The notes below the pieces were generated by a model. That model did no database searches and was not told the origin of the DNA. It worked only from the letters and a program-made list of their open reading frames with translations. This document shows, one piece after another, positions 1-12,461 of a stretch of DNA of 64,000 bases. The position numbers and the translations under genes are program-made. Where the stretch lies: positions 12,941,432-13,005,431 of the forward strand of contig NC_092679.1 of assembly GCF_964355755.1 (NCBI RefSeq), in the 5' to 3' direction. The stretch's first letter is position 1. Each line of letters opens with the position of its first letter. This stretch comes from Antedon mediterranea (taxonomy: Eukaryota > Animalia > Echinodermata).

Positions 1-1604
1 AGCTTGCAATTTTTGTTACACATATATAAAAAAAAGGATTTGAAGTTTACGCATCATATATTTCATAAAATGATGATTGTTGCTATAAATATGAATATTA
101 TTATTATATATAGCAGTTATGTTGCAGCTGTTATGGATTAGTTATTAATATTCATGAAATATATGACTAGTTTGTTTATTATTTATTGATACCTCACACC
201 AATTCTGAAATTACATCATTTATCAGTTATCCACCATAAAAGCACAAAATGACTATGATGCCTTATTTGATTGGGGAACTTTTTAACTAGAAAATATTCA
301 ATCTGTCATTGGTGAGTAATAATATTAAAATATTGAATGTCGTAAAAATAATAAATACAGCATTTTTTTAAAACAAAGGCCAAAATCCTGGGGTGGGCAG
401 TGATGCTAAACAAGTATTTTTTTTATGTGGCCTTACAGTACTTCAAATTGTGTTTGAACTGAACTTGGTGAATGCGATTTGGTATGAATTGGTTGATGGA
501 GAGGAAATGAATTGAACATTCTTTCTTACTGTTTAATATGTGTTAGCTTGGTTAAACTATTTCTTATTTTGTCCACTACTATTTCACTTTCTTTTACAAC
601 ATTTTTAATATCGGCCTATATTGTAATTTTATGATAAAAAATAATCATAATCAAATTTCCAGTTTATAGACAAATATATAATCTTGAAATAGTAGAAAGA
701 TGTACAACAATATGAGATGCATTTAAAAGTAAGAAATAACTTCAATGGTAGAATTGATCTAATTGAGTATTATATAAGATTGCATACATCTATAAATATA
801 TGCTTTAAATATTGATGAAGAGTACAAAACAACTATTTCCGTTATTGTATCTAACGCTTGATGTTCAACGTGATCACGCAGATGTCGGGAAATGACATGA
901 TTTCAGTCATGAACGAGCGCTAATGAGCCAATCAGTCAATTTCTAAGACCGATTCAATTACACACTTTTTATGAAAACGTTATTGATTAATAAACATTAA
1001 CGTTGTATATAAAAATTAGCTATTGTAAATGTGTACAATGGAAATAACATCAAAACAAAAGTAATCTTTTCATTAAAGTTCAAAGCAGTTACCTTTTCTG
1101 TTTTACAAAAATGTGTCATTGTATGTAATTATAACACATGCTACTGCAGTTTTATGGCCAACTTGCATACTAAACACGGGATAATATATTGTCCCAATTT
1201 TGTTGTTGAGTATGCTTTGTTAATGTCATCCAATAGTTATTCACTTTGACAAAAAATTGAATTAAAAAAATATTTACTTTACGTGAAATACAATTTGTTT
1301 TAGTAATTCAACTGATTATTTATGCTATTTATTAATCATTTTATCAAATTTAGGTGCGATTCAATGTTACTATAGGAGGCCTGTAAGCCTACCAGGGACA
1401 CACCTTTACTGTTTATATTATCGATTATTTCTGTTGCTTGCTCTATTTATAATTATAAATGGTGTCTACTACGACCGATATATAAGTAGGCTACGAAAGT
1501 TGTTTTGATTAGTACTAATTAATCATCAGTCATATGCATAGGTGTCAGCCGGGCTTCAATTTCCAGAGGCGTTGGTCATGTTTTCGAGGATCATTTGAGT
1601 ACAC

Positions 1605-1650
1605 CCACTAGAGGGTGCGGGAGCGAAGCGAGCAAACCCTCTAGTTTTTT
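1605..1650 (+). mobile_element. Helitron/Helentron-type 3' terminus (GC hairpin plus CTAG-T end)
   Basis: ACTAGAGGGT...GCGGGAGCGAAGCGAGC...ACCCTCTAGT followed by a T run; resembles termini of Helentron-associated non-autonomous elements. Confidence 0.4.
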
Positions 1651-1918
1651 AACTGTGTTTTTTAACTGTGTTTTATATATAAACTAGCAATATATCTCTA
1701 TACTCATCAACTTTAGCCCCTCTTCAACCAATTTAATAGCCTACACCCAGACTCTGGGAATTTTTAAAATGTAGTTTAACCTTCCAGTCATTTTGATACC
1801 CCATATGTATGATTACGTGCAGAAACAGAAATTTGTATAATATTGCTGTGTAACACTGTGAAGTCATCTGAACCTGCAACCACCCATTTACAAGGTGTAC
1901 ATCTTAACAATAGTCCTA

Positions 1919-2587
1919 AGCCTGTTTTCCTGTCGACGTTGAAATAGGTTGAGTTGCGTTGAGTTTAAAATCGTTAAAGTTGAAAATAAAATAGCGATGA
2001 CGATGATCAAGTCAGACCGCTAATATTTACACATTTTTACGCGATCGTTCATAGTTTCTTGGTTCTCTCGAGCGTTGCTGGGACACGCGGACGTGAAGTG
2101 TTGCAAAACTAAGGCCGGCCACGCGCAGCCGGGACCGCATGAAAATTGAAAAAGTTATGGGTTTTGATGCTTAAACCCAGCCTAGGACATGCTTTCGTTG
2201 ATATCTTAATCTAGGCTTACACTAAAGACAAACATTAAATTTAATTGGTTTAATATTATAATTTAATTTAACTTTCACTTGTTTTTATTAAATATCAGAC
2301 CTTAAAAGTGTACAAAAAAGGTGAAAAACATCGTCGCGTTGTAAACATTCAAGAATTGTCAGCGCGTACCTATTTTTTCACAAACTGCAATGACGTAATT
2401 TGTGGACCATTTGATTGGTCAGTTTTAACGATCGTAACGATTGTCATCGTTAAAGTTGAACCGAGTTCAACTTTAACGATTTAAGATTTTAACGATTTTC
2501 AACGTTCGTTAATTTTTACCCCCTTTTCCTGTTAAATCGTTGAATATGTCAACTCAACGCAACTTAACGTCGACAGGAAAACAGGCT
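1919..2587. mobile_element. Non-autonomous DNA transposon (MITE), PIF/Harbinger-like
   Basis: TIRs AGCCTGTTTTCCTGTCGACGTT ... AACGTCGACAGGAAAACAGGCT, with extra inverted blocks (AGTTGCGTTGAGTT; ATCGTTAAAGTTGAA); flanked by CTA/TAA, close to a TWA target. Confidence 0.8.
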
Positions 2588-2902
2588 TAAGTTCAAATAA
2601 CTATCACACATTATTATTATACCATAGAACAGTTTGACTGATGAAATTATTTTTTATCATCAGGAGGGAGTGATCACTTTTCTCTGGATTACACTATCTC
2701 CAGCTACTTAGAAATTTGTTTTCAAAAGGAAAAACAATATTTGAATTTCAAACACAGACAAAAATATATCTGAACTACATTTTAAATGTCAGTTGCAAAT
2801 TACAAATGTGCAATACAAATTCTCATTTCAAATTTATTTGTTTTTCTGCTTCATTTCAGCAAATTTCAATATTTGGAATGTCATTTTTATAATTCGAAAA
2901 TA

Positions 2903-2923
2903 CAGAGAGAGAGAGAGAGAGAG
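2903..2923. repeat. (AG)n microsatellite
   Basis: Run of AG dinucleotides. Confidence 0.9.
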
Positions 2924-4649
2924 ATTACTAACATAGTTTTTTTTAACATCAGTTAATTAAAAAATTCAGTAAAAGTTTAAAAAGACAGAATTGAAAATGA
3001 TTAGATTTTTTAATATTTAATCATAATAATTTGTTTCACTCATAATCTGAAATGTTTTGATGTTATTTAACACATGTTATTTAAAATATTAAACCATCAG
3101 TTTAATTTCAGAGCTTAAAATTTACTTTTACTTATTCACTAGCAAACCTTTACTAGTTTTAAAAATCTTACGGTACCTAGCAAAATAAAAAACTCATGTG
3201 TTGATAAAACAAGTTGAATTAGCAGATCAAGCCTTGTGTACCTTTGCTTAACTTTTATTAAAATTGCAAGCAGCAAACATTAGCAAGCGTGGATATAGTG
3301 CTATTTATTATTTTCTTTTCATCGTTTCTAAATGTTTTGTTTCTGTCTTTTAAGAAGTTGCCCAACGTTGTTTACAGGTTTGTATTGTATAAATTGTAAT
3401 TTTGTTGCTATTTTGATGAACATGCATAAATTACCTGAACAATTTGTTCAGCAAACTCTTCTCTAGTCGGTCCATCTTCAGATTTTCCTGGAATAAATTG
3501 TTTTCTAATTATACATTTTATTAACCATGTTTATAATATATTTCTATTACTGTATTATTTATGATCACTTAAAAAATCATACAGTACTTTTATTAAAATT
3601 CTCTAAAGACAATTAATTAAAGGACAAATGAAATAGGCTTGATAATATGTGAGGATAACAAGTTCAAGAATTGATTAAAACACATCAACAATATTATATG
3701 TTAATTAAAAAACTGAATCACATGATATTTATCATCGGTTGCAAAATCCTGCATATATAAATGTTGCCAATATCCAATTATACTATCAATATTAATACAA
3801 TAATATTAAAACAAATATCTGCTTTAACATATATATATATATTTTTGTCCTAGTACTTTCACTTGTACTGATAAGAGCTTTTCTGGCTGTTTTACTTTAT
3901 CATTTTGATTTAGCTTTTCACTTTTTTTTTGTATCTCCATTAAGATCCAGCCACTGATACCCAAGGCATTGTAATTTCTTTCAGTAATTTGCCTTTAGAT
4001 TTATATATATATATATTCATATATATCTTATATCCACTGTATTTGGTATTATTCAGCAGAAAGACACACTTTCTCTTGAAAATGAATGGAAAAGTTTTAC
4101 TGACCTCTAGTTGGCGAATCCATTTGTCACGATGATCATCTAAAGGACATACAAAGTCTATGCTCCAGTCACATCTTGAAACATTCGATCATTCAATTGT
4201 TAAGTCTTTGCTTCCGTCTATCAAAATAAATTGAGGTGAAATAAAATGATAAATCAGATTAGGAAAAGGAAACTATAAAGGTCTAATTTAATAATAGAAT
4301 AATTTATTATTTTGTTTTCTATATTTACAATGGTATAAAAAATATATAAATATAATAATTCTTATTTCTTTCTGTTAAAAGATATTGTGCATTGTAAAAT
4401 TGACTTTTATATAGATAAATATAGGGTAGTTAGGTGTAGGCAATTTTGTTTTTTCCAATTAAAAAAGAAAAAGCTCAACCACTAATTTGCTTTTATTCAG
4501 TATTTTAAATATTTGAAATGGTTTAATTTTTGGAAAATCAAAGTTTTTCTTTTCCATTTTTTTTTATTCTTGAATTTTTTTTTCTTTCAAATAAATACAA
4601 ATGTCTAGAGTAAATATATTTTTAGGATCGGTCGAGTTACGCTAACTAA

Positions 4650-4808
4650 AGCCGATTTTCCACTAGGCGAATTTGTTCGCGCGAATCGAACGCGCCAGCT
4701 TGTACGCATGTGTATTCATGTTTACGTCTTCCAAATCCTTCTCTACGCATGCGTATTAGCTGACGCCTTCGATTCGCGCGAACAAATTCGCCTAGTGGAA
4801 AATCGGCT
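4650..4808. mobile_element. 159-bp palindromic MITE, PIF/Harbinger-like
   Basis: 41-bp perfect TIR AGCCGATTTTCCACTAGGCGAATTTGTTCGCGCGAATCGAA with its reverse complement at the right end; flanked by TAA/TTA (TWA). Confidence 0.85.
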
Positions 4809-6667
4809 TTAGGCCTAATGGTTTTTTTACCTTATTATAATTCTTGATTAATTACTGCTCTTTTCCCTAATCTACTATTTGCACTATACTAATATTCTGC
4901 ACCTGAAGGAAAGATGTAAAACCATTTTGAATGACTGAAATAATAGCACAAATGCCTTGAGTGTCTGATGTATTTGAATTTAGATTGAAGTTAAAGTTCA
5001 TAACAACTTTAAGATTATATCTATGATATTCTTAATGCACTGCTAGCTATAACAATTAACAATGTTGAATTATTGCATTACATGTAGGAGTATTCCTACA
5101 AACTTCCTACATGGTTGTAGCATATATGCACAAAATCTTTGAGACATTCCACTTTTTATTTCCTTTCGGAAAAGACAACAAATACATTACAGCCAAGAGA
5201 TGATGCATTTACTTGATGGATAGCACATATTTATGAGAGACATCCTAATATATAATATATCAATTTTGATTTTTCTTAATGACAGTCAAATGTGTAAGCA
5301 AGTTAAATGTGCATATACAGTATAGACCTTCTTTAATTTAGCAAGTATCTGATAAAGAATGCATTTGATTTCAGCTAGAAGATGCCCTTGTAAACCTAAT
5401 AAAATCTAATAATCTCACATGATAATTAATTTAAAATTAACAAAGGTAGATTTAACTTCCAAGGTGTATAATATAGGTGCTTAATTATTTATATGATATT
5501 CCCAATTCAAGGTTAAAGTATAAATAAAATGACTTTATCAAAAGAATACAATAGTTGTATACGGATCAATAGATTGTAATTTGGTAAAAGAAAAACTGAA
5601 TCAAATGCTAACGGTTAGCAGTATCCTGGTGGAAAAGTATACTGTCTGCATTTTAAATTTTTCCGATCCTAATCAGTTTATACGAAAATAATTTAGTTGT
5701 AACCAAGTTTGAAATTTCACATGGAACCCCTGTGAAACACCTGAAAGAAAAACACACAGACGAGAGGCCAGTTTTTTTGTTGTGAGATGTCTTTAGTTTA
5801 TTCTTGTTATCTGCAAACATTACAAATTAAATATCTAAGTTAATCTATGATGCATCAAAACACCTTGTAAAAATTCACACTTACACCTATACTCGGACCA
5901 TTACACACATGCAAACAACACAGTAGATTCTCCCTGGAGATTTTTAATTCAATTTATTAAGCGATGTGCAACATAATTATTCTATGGAGAATATGGATTC
6001 CTAATTGAAGATGCTTAGATGAAGTGTGAAATTTGTCATGTAGCAAACTAATTAATAGGTAATCCTATTGGGTAGGTGTGATATTTGTAATAAAATATAT
6101 ACAATATATCTTTTTTTTAATGGAACTTGGTTTAGTCAGCATAAAAAATAATTTGTAATAAAAATGTTTATATAAGAACCATATAACTCGATACAAAAAC
6201 AAAATGTAAAAACTTGCTCATAGTTATTTTGTGTTTTAACAGTGATTTGTAAATGTTGACAAGTTCATAAAAAAAAACACATTTAGTGGTCCTTATGAAT
6301 GATTCTTCATCCTACTTTGTGCAAATTAACATTTAAATAAAGCAACTCTTGCTGCAGGTCCATATTAGTTGGTCATGATCAACAAGATTAATCATGATGC
6401 TTTATCATGTTTTTAACAAAATTAACATTCTTAAGAAGCTCAGGCCATTAAGCTAACAGAAGGTACATTTAAAGCATTGACACTATTGCTTGTGGTACAA
6501 ATACAGGAGCTGTAACAATTCTTACAAAGCATTGTCAATATCCAGAATTTGTAAATATTGTGCCACTGTTGTGAATAGAATGCCTACAGCAAAGACAATT
6601 TTCTTTATAAAGTAAATATTTAACAGGTACCCATAGCAAAAATCATTGTCAATGGTACTTAAGCCTA

Positions 6668-6867
6668 CAGTAGCGTAGCAGAATACAGTAGCCTATATGT
6701 CAGTAGCGTAGCAGAATACAGTAGCCTATATGTCAGTAGCGTAGCAGAATACAGTAGCCTATATGTCAGTAGCGTAGCAGAATACAGTAGCCTATATGTC
6801 AGTAGCATAGCAGAATACAGTAGCCTATATGTCAGTAGCATAGCAGAATACAGTAGCCTATATGTCA
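6668..6867. repeat. 33-bp minisatellite, 6 copies
   Basis: Unit CAGTAGC(G/A)TAGCAGAATACAGTAGCCTATATGT; first four units carry G, last two carry A; the unit is itself an 18+15 dimer starting CAGTAGC. Confidence 0.95.
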
Positions 6868-6999
6868 AGACTTTTTACAATCTAAGAAGATACACTTTCC
6901 TGAAAATTAAAAGAAACTTTTAAATTTACTCATTAATATTTCATAGTTTTAAAAAAAAAATAATATCCATGCCAAAGTTAACAGCAAAACAGACTTTCA

Positions 7000-7310
7000 T
7001 GATCTAGGATTTTTTAAATGGGGAGTCATTACCTTTGTCATAGATAAATAGAATTTAATTGTTGCGGTCAAAAGTGGGAAATCTCCCATATAGCTTTCCC
7101 TGCCCCTGGATCGGCTGCTTTGGTTATTGTAACACTTCCCATTGATGAGTGACTTCACTTTCTTTAGTCTAAAGTTGTAATAATTATGTTTTTTCATGAA
7201 CTTTTCCAACAACACCATAACAGTTTTTATTGTTGTTTTCAATCTACCAAGCAAAGTGAATTTCCATTTTTATGGACAAATAACATTTCTTGAATCTTGA
7301 ATCTTGAATC
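7000..7310 (+). mobile_element. 3' remnant of a non-LTR retrotransposon with (CTTGAAT)n tail
   Basis: Ends in GGACAAATAACATTTCTTGAATCTTGAATCTTGAATC, a short-repeat LINE tail; the same tail type occurs inverted at ~28101. The 5' boundary is approximate. Confidence 0.5.
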
Positions 7311-9418
7311 ATAATCAAATATTGATGTTGACATTTCTTCCTTCTAGGAAGTTGCAATGCAACATAAAAAGTTTAAGAAATGTGTGTTCTAATTGTAATT
7401 TAAAAAAATTGTTGATATAAATTTTTATTAGGTGATTTTATTTGGTTGTTAGAATGTTGGTATTCTATTTTTATCTGTTAAGTTTAATTTGAACAAACTC
7501 CTATAATTTCAATTTCAATTTTTTTGGTGTGTGTGTGCTTAACATGAAAATAAAATAATCATCATGACACAAATGTTATTTCTAAAGTATGCATGAAATA
7601 ATTACACATGAAATTATCTAATAAGATACAATTCACTTCTATTACAGACATAGTAAGGGATAAACCTTCATTCTGTGCTGACAACATTTTTGACATTGTG
7701 AATGGACAAGCCACCATTTTAACTGCGATTAAGTTTGTTAAGACTTGAGGGCTTAATAAAATTAATACAGTATATTGAATAAAAGGATAACACTCGATGG
7801 ATATTTGAAGAAGAAGAAGGTTAATTATCCTATTGCAGGTAGGCCTAAGTATTGTTATGTTGAATTTTTACTTAGAATGCATACATGTTTTTTTATGTAG
7901 AAGTAGACAAACCATGTGAAAAAGGTATAGACAGAGCCTTTTATGAGGTCTCTTGACAAAAAAAATGGAAAGTCGATTTTTTGACTCCCTAACATTTTAT
8001 GATGATCAATGATGAATGAACAAAATATTTGCAATGTGGAGCTATATATTTCTAGGATGAATAATTGAGAAAGCAAGCTTATTTATGATAAGCTAATCAA
8101 TCTGACCTAAAGGTAGTTCTCTCAAACAAAAAACAATCTGGGGAGTTACATTGGCCCTGTATACAACAGTACCATTGAATTTGTAGGCCTACTGTTATAA
8201 ACAAAATGAAATTGATGAAGTACCCTTTATGAATGTCACCACATTTAAAACTAAGCAGTAGGCTAGTACGCTACCTCCTCAAGAAATTAATGGTGTCGAG
8301 ACAACACCTCATTGACAAAAACAAATCTGTTCAATTCGGATCATGCGCCTATTAAATTAAAGCATAAGCGTTATGAATAAAACAGTGGATTGTGAACCTT
8401 TCCGAAAGCAACAAAGATAGTAAATATTTCCAGTAGTACCGCATATTCTTCGAATCATCACATTCACATCATTACATCCTCCTCATTCCGCTTCCAGTTC
8501 CACACACCTGTCTCCACATCAACTGAAAATCTCGTACGTTACTAGTAGTGCATTCTACTCCTTCGAGAACTTACCTTTCAAGAACAAAATAAACGTTCTA
8601 TTCAAATAAAATCACAGTTTTGAGCGAAAGTATATTATTGATTGTAAGGTACAGCTTTCAGCATCAAATCGATATAGACTTGCTCATCTGTGAAGACCAA
8701 AGCAATCAAATCTAACAGCATAATCTTCAGCTTAGCTTGATGAATAGATGACAAAATCCTCATCAAAGCGCTACCGGTGATGAAAAACTACAGGTGGCGA
8801 CATCTACGTTTGTGCCAAGTCCTTCTTCACTTTTTGCTAGTTGTGTTTGAATGTAATAAAAAAAATAAAAGTATGTCCCCTTTTCGTTGTAACCAGGAGA
8901 AAAATAAGTTCAGTGGGGAAACGAGTTAAAACATTCTAGTTAAAACCAGTCGAATTTTGTTAAACATTCTAAAACCAGTTGAATTCGGTGGGTTTAACTG
9001 GAATTTGGTTACTGGTAAGCCTAGTAACTGATTTATTACTGTAAACAGGTTTTAACGAATATTAAACAATTCCATTTGATTTTCATCACTATATTATGTA
9101 TCATATATTAGGCCTGCGGTGGCCTATGTTTGTTTCCGCGTTTGCAATTTTATTTGCACTGGATTCTGTAATCGTAATGTTTCAAGTACAGTTTTGACTT
9201 ACATTTCACAACTCTGAAATTTAAAGTCTGGCGTTGAGAAAATGTTCCAATGATATCGACAAAGAGAAGACAAAGATGAGAGAATTCGGGGATGAATGAA
9301 AGGTTGGTGTAAAAGTGAACATTTGAAACAGTGCTCATATTCTAAACATGATCTCATAATCGCGTCGACCATAGCTCATTGGCGAAAGTTCCATATTTTT
9401 TAGTTGTATGAAAAAATG

Positions 9419-9488
9419 CATCTGGCGGCAATCGAACCTGCGACCTCCCACTTACAGGCCGAGTATCTTACCACTAGACCACAGAGAA
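9419..9488 (-). mobile_element. tRNA-derived SINE head or tRNA pseudogene
   Basis: Minus strand: A box TGGTCTAGTGG, B box GGTTCGATTGC, then a T run; anticodon stem does not pair well. Confidence 0.55.
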
Positions 9489-10201
9489 ATATATGGTATT
9501 ATCACAGATTTTCACCCACCAGATGCATTCTCTCATACAACAAACGCCATCACAATCATTAGAAGCGCCGCTTAAAACTATTCACAATAAAAACCAACCT
9601 ATTGTGCATATGTAAATCAATTGTGTGAACTGCCGCATTTACCGATTTTGAAATGAATGAGCCCAAATTAATAAGTCGATTCTGATTATATGGCTGTTTC
9701 GCTGCTCTTTAAAAAATTAATTTATGTTCTATTTGTATTACAACCCCAGGTTTATTATATTATATTTATCCAATACTGTGTAACACAAAGAAATGGTTTC
9801 TAGAGATATTGAATTACCATATATGTTTGAATTGTAATCCATCTATGTAGTTGGATTACCTTACTGCTTAAATCACAGTTAAATACTATTTCTATATGCA
9901 GTACCGTAGTGTCAGAACAGTGCCCTAGTACATAGAATAAAAAGGTGTTTTGATTCTCCATTTGCAAGACTTACTGGTGTGTTTGCGTAAAAACAATGAA
10001 GAAAAACTTCAAGTTAGGCCTACTTCTATTTGGTTTCCTTGTGGCGTCTTGCTTTTGGGTTGGACACATACAAATTTTTTCAGTTAAAGGTAAAAATCGT
10101 TTACAATTTACAATGTAATTGGTTACCTTACAAACGAGTAGGCCTATACTGTAGCGTTTGTGAACTATTGTATAATTACGTGTTTGTACTTTGTCCAACA
10201 G

Positions 10202-10263
10202 ACAGCAAAAAACTTAAAGAGAATGTGATGTCAACTAACATAAATTCAAAAGCAAGAACACAT
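10202..10263 (+). CDS. Candidate upstream exon of the sulfotransferase gene
   Basis: Acceptor tttgtccaacag at 10201 and donor AT|gtgagt at 10263/10264; joining to 11376 creates AT|G in frame with the TM exon; a paralogous copy lies at 18614-18673. Confidence 0.45.
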
Positions 10264-10531
10264 GTGAGTTTTATGTAAATGTTACAGTATATAAAGGGAT
10301 GCTTATAAAAATGTGTCTCTGAGTTGTTAGGTTTTACTGTTATATGGAAAGGATGGTAGCCAGAAAATGGCGCGGTCATTACAGCATATTCTTCAATTTC
10401 ATTTTTTCATTACTTCATGCTTTGTTAATTAAAAAATCGTCCAACAATTTGTAACAGAGAACAATTTTATCTACGTACTGTAGCTTAATTTGGTCAGGCC
10501 CTAGTGTGTTTTTTATCAGTACCACATGCGG

Positions 10532-10533
<2 letters not shown>

Positions 10534-10602
<69 letters not shown>
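10534..10602. repeat. (TA)n microsatellite
   Basis: Pure TA run. Confidence 0.95.
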
Positions 10603-10605
<3 letters not shown>

Positions 10606-11375
10606 GGTTATTATGTGACCATATTTTTTAGTTTGGAGACCCAACATTCTCCGATGTCGTTAATATTTTCCACTTAACAGCCATTGTAATTATATGTGCC
10701 TGAAAAGCATAGTGCATGTATACGAATTGATACTGTATCGAATAATCTCCTGTAGGTGGGCGATTTTTTTTTATATAATATATAATACAAAAACGCATCT
10801 TTGTTTTTTTTTTAATGGGTTGTGCCCTCTATTGCTTGGTTAAGCTTTAACTCCTCCTTTTCAACTCCTCATGACTTCATGAACTGTCGATGTCACTACA
10901 CTTTCTCACCAATTCTTCCACTGTTCCTGTCTACAATTTAAACTTAGTTACGAAGCGAAACTTTTAGGTCAATATGTCTAATAATAAGCGATCAAAACCC
11001 TCCTTTTAACGATGTCCTCATTGACGCAGAAACTACAGTAAAATATTACTTTCTTGAGTAAGCTACACAAATTGAATATTTACGTTTTCTAATTAATGCA
11101 TTTTTCTTCTACTTAGGTCTTTCATTTTTTTAAACATAAGGGTCTAGTTACTGTAGGCCTAAATCTTTATCATAATTTATTTTCTCTGCTAAGTCGCCCA
11201 TTCAAACTCGGCCCGTCACAAAATCCCTACTCTTCAAGAGGTTATAGATTATAAAATATATAACATTTATTTTAAAAAGGTTTGATATTTTTAGGATATT
11301 TATTTTTCTCTTTTGGTTCAACTTCATTGATTAAGGTTCCATAATAAGTTCCCATTCACTTCATGCTTTTCACAG

Positions 11376-11511
11376 GAATGTGAAGAAATATTCTAGTAGT
11401 TCTACTCTAGTAAGTTTGTTGTATTTACCGATATTAGGTCTACTACTATTTAACGTTTTTTCATCTTCTTTTCATACCGTATTTCACTTTATAAATACAA
11501 GTCACTTTAAG
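11376..11511 (+). CDS. Carbohydrate sulfotransferase, N-terminal signal-anchor exon
   Basis: ttttcacag acceptor; reads NVKKYSSSSTLVSLLYLPILGLLLFNVFSSSFHTVFHFINTSHFK (basic residues then a hydrophobic helix); phase-0 donor AAG|gtattg joins in frame to 11595 across an 83-nt intron. Confidence 0.75.
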
Positions 11512-11594
11512 GTATTGATTATTGTATTAATATATTCTCAATCTTTTTGTGCATAAAAGCTCCTTTACAAATTTAATAATGCATTGTTTTACAG

Positions 11595-12461
11595 GTGTAC
11601 AAGACAGTCAAAAGTGAAAAGGAAACAAGTGATAACTTTATGCAAAGATATTCACTTATTCATGCAAAAAGGATTAACCACACCAGGGAGATGTGTCGGT
11701 TTTATCGAGACAAAATTCCTAAACCAGTAAACACTCCTCTTCTTTTAGTTAACGAGGAACACAAAATAGTTTATTGTCAAACACCAAAAGCAGGGACTGT
11801 GAGCTGGTGCAGAATTTTGTTGATTCTTGCAGGGTATAAGAACTACACGGAAGTAATGAATATGACCGCACCAGAAGTTAGCTCAGCATGGAAAACAAAT
11901 GTTACAATTTTTCAAAGATTTTCATATAAAAAGCAAAGGGAGATAATGGATACATACACAAAGTTTATGTTTGTAAGGCATCCATTTTCACGTTTATTAT
12001 CAGCCTTTAACCAAAAACTAGGGCCACATTTACAGAGTTATGGTCGTTTCCAAGACATATTTAACCAAATTCTTAAAAATTTCAAATGGGATCACAACGA
12101 CAAAAGCCAAACAGTGAAATTCAAAGACTTCCTAAATTTGGTCATAAATGGAAGTGCTCGCCATTCTTCTGATCATTGGCGGGAAATGTATACTGTCTGC
12201 TATCCATGTGATGTTCCTTATGACATCATAGGTTACTTTGAAGATATTGAAAATGATTCAAAATACATATTTAACCTTACGAATATTCATAATTTAAAAT
12301 TTCCTCGATCTACTGGAGCTCATCTTACCAACAGTTCTTCTAAAGATATATTAAGAAATGAATTTTCTTCCATTCCAATTCCTATTTTGGGGGAACTATA
12401 CAATAAATTTAAATACGACTTTACACTGTTTGGCTATGATATGCCTATAGCTATACCCTAA
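11595..12461 (+). CDS. Carbohydrate sulfotransferase (Sulfotransfer_2; CHST8-14/HNK-1ST family, CHST11-like) catalytic exon
   Basis: 5'-PSB motif YCQTPKAGTVSW, 3'-PB motif FMFVRHPFSRLLSAF, DHW...CYPC..YDIIG..E and C-terminal DFTLFGY; preceded by acceptor ttttacag, so the GTG 'start' is an exon boundary. Confidence 0.93.
   Translation: MYKTVKSEKETSDNFMQRYSLIHAKRINHTREMCRFYRDKIPKPVNTPLLLVNEEHKIVYCQTPKAGTVSWCRILLILAGYKNYTEVMNMTAPEVSSAWKTNVTIFQRFSYKKQREIMDTYTKFMFVRHPFSRLLSAFNQKLGPHLQSYGRFQDIFNQILKNFKWDHNDKSQTVKFKDFLNLVINGSARHSSDHWREMYTVCYPCDVPYDIIGYFEDIENDSKYIFNLTNIHNLKFPRSTGAHLTNSSSKDILRNEFSSIPIPILGELYNKFKYDFTLFGYDMPIAIP

Noticed and set aside
6665-6868. ORF with TYRLLYSATLL repeats
   Set aside because: Translation of a 33-bp minisatellite; no splice signals or synonymous-site variation.
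8655-8770. Possible C/D box snoRNA on minus strand (TTGATGA...CTGA)
   Set aside because: C box lacks the purine and the terminal stem is not in k-turn register; no recognisable rRNA guide.
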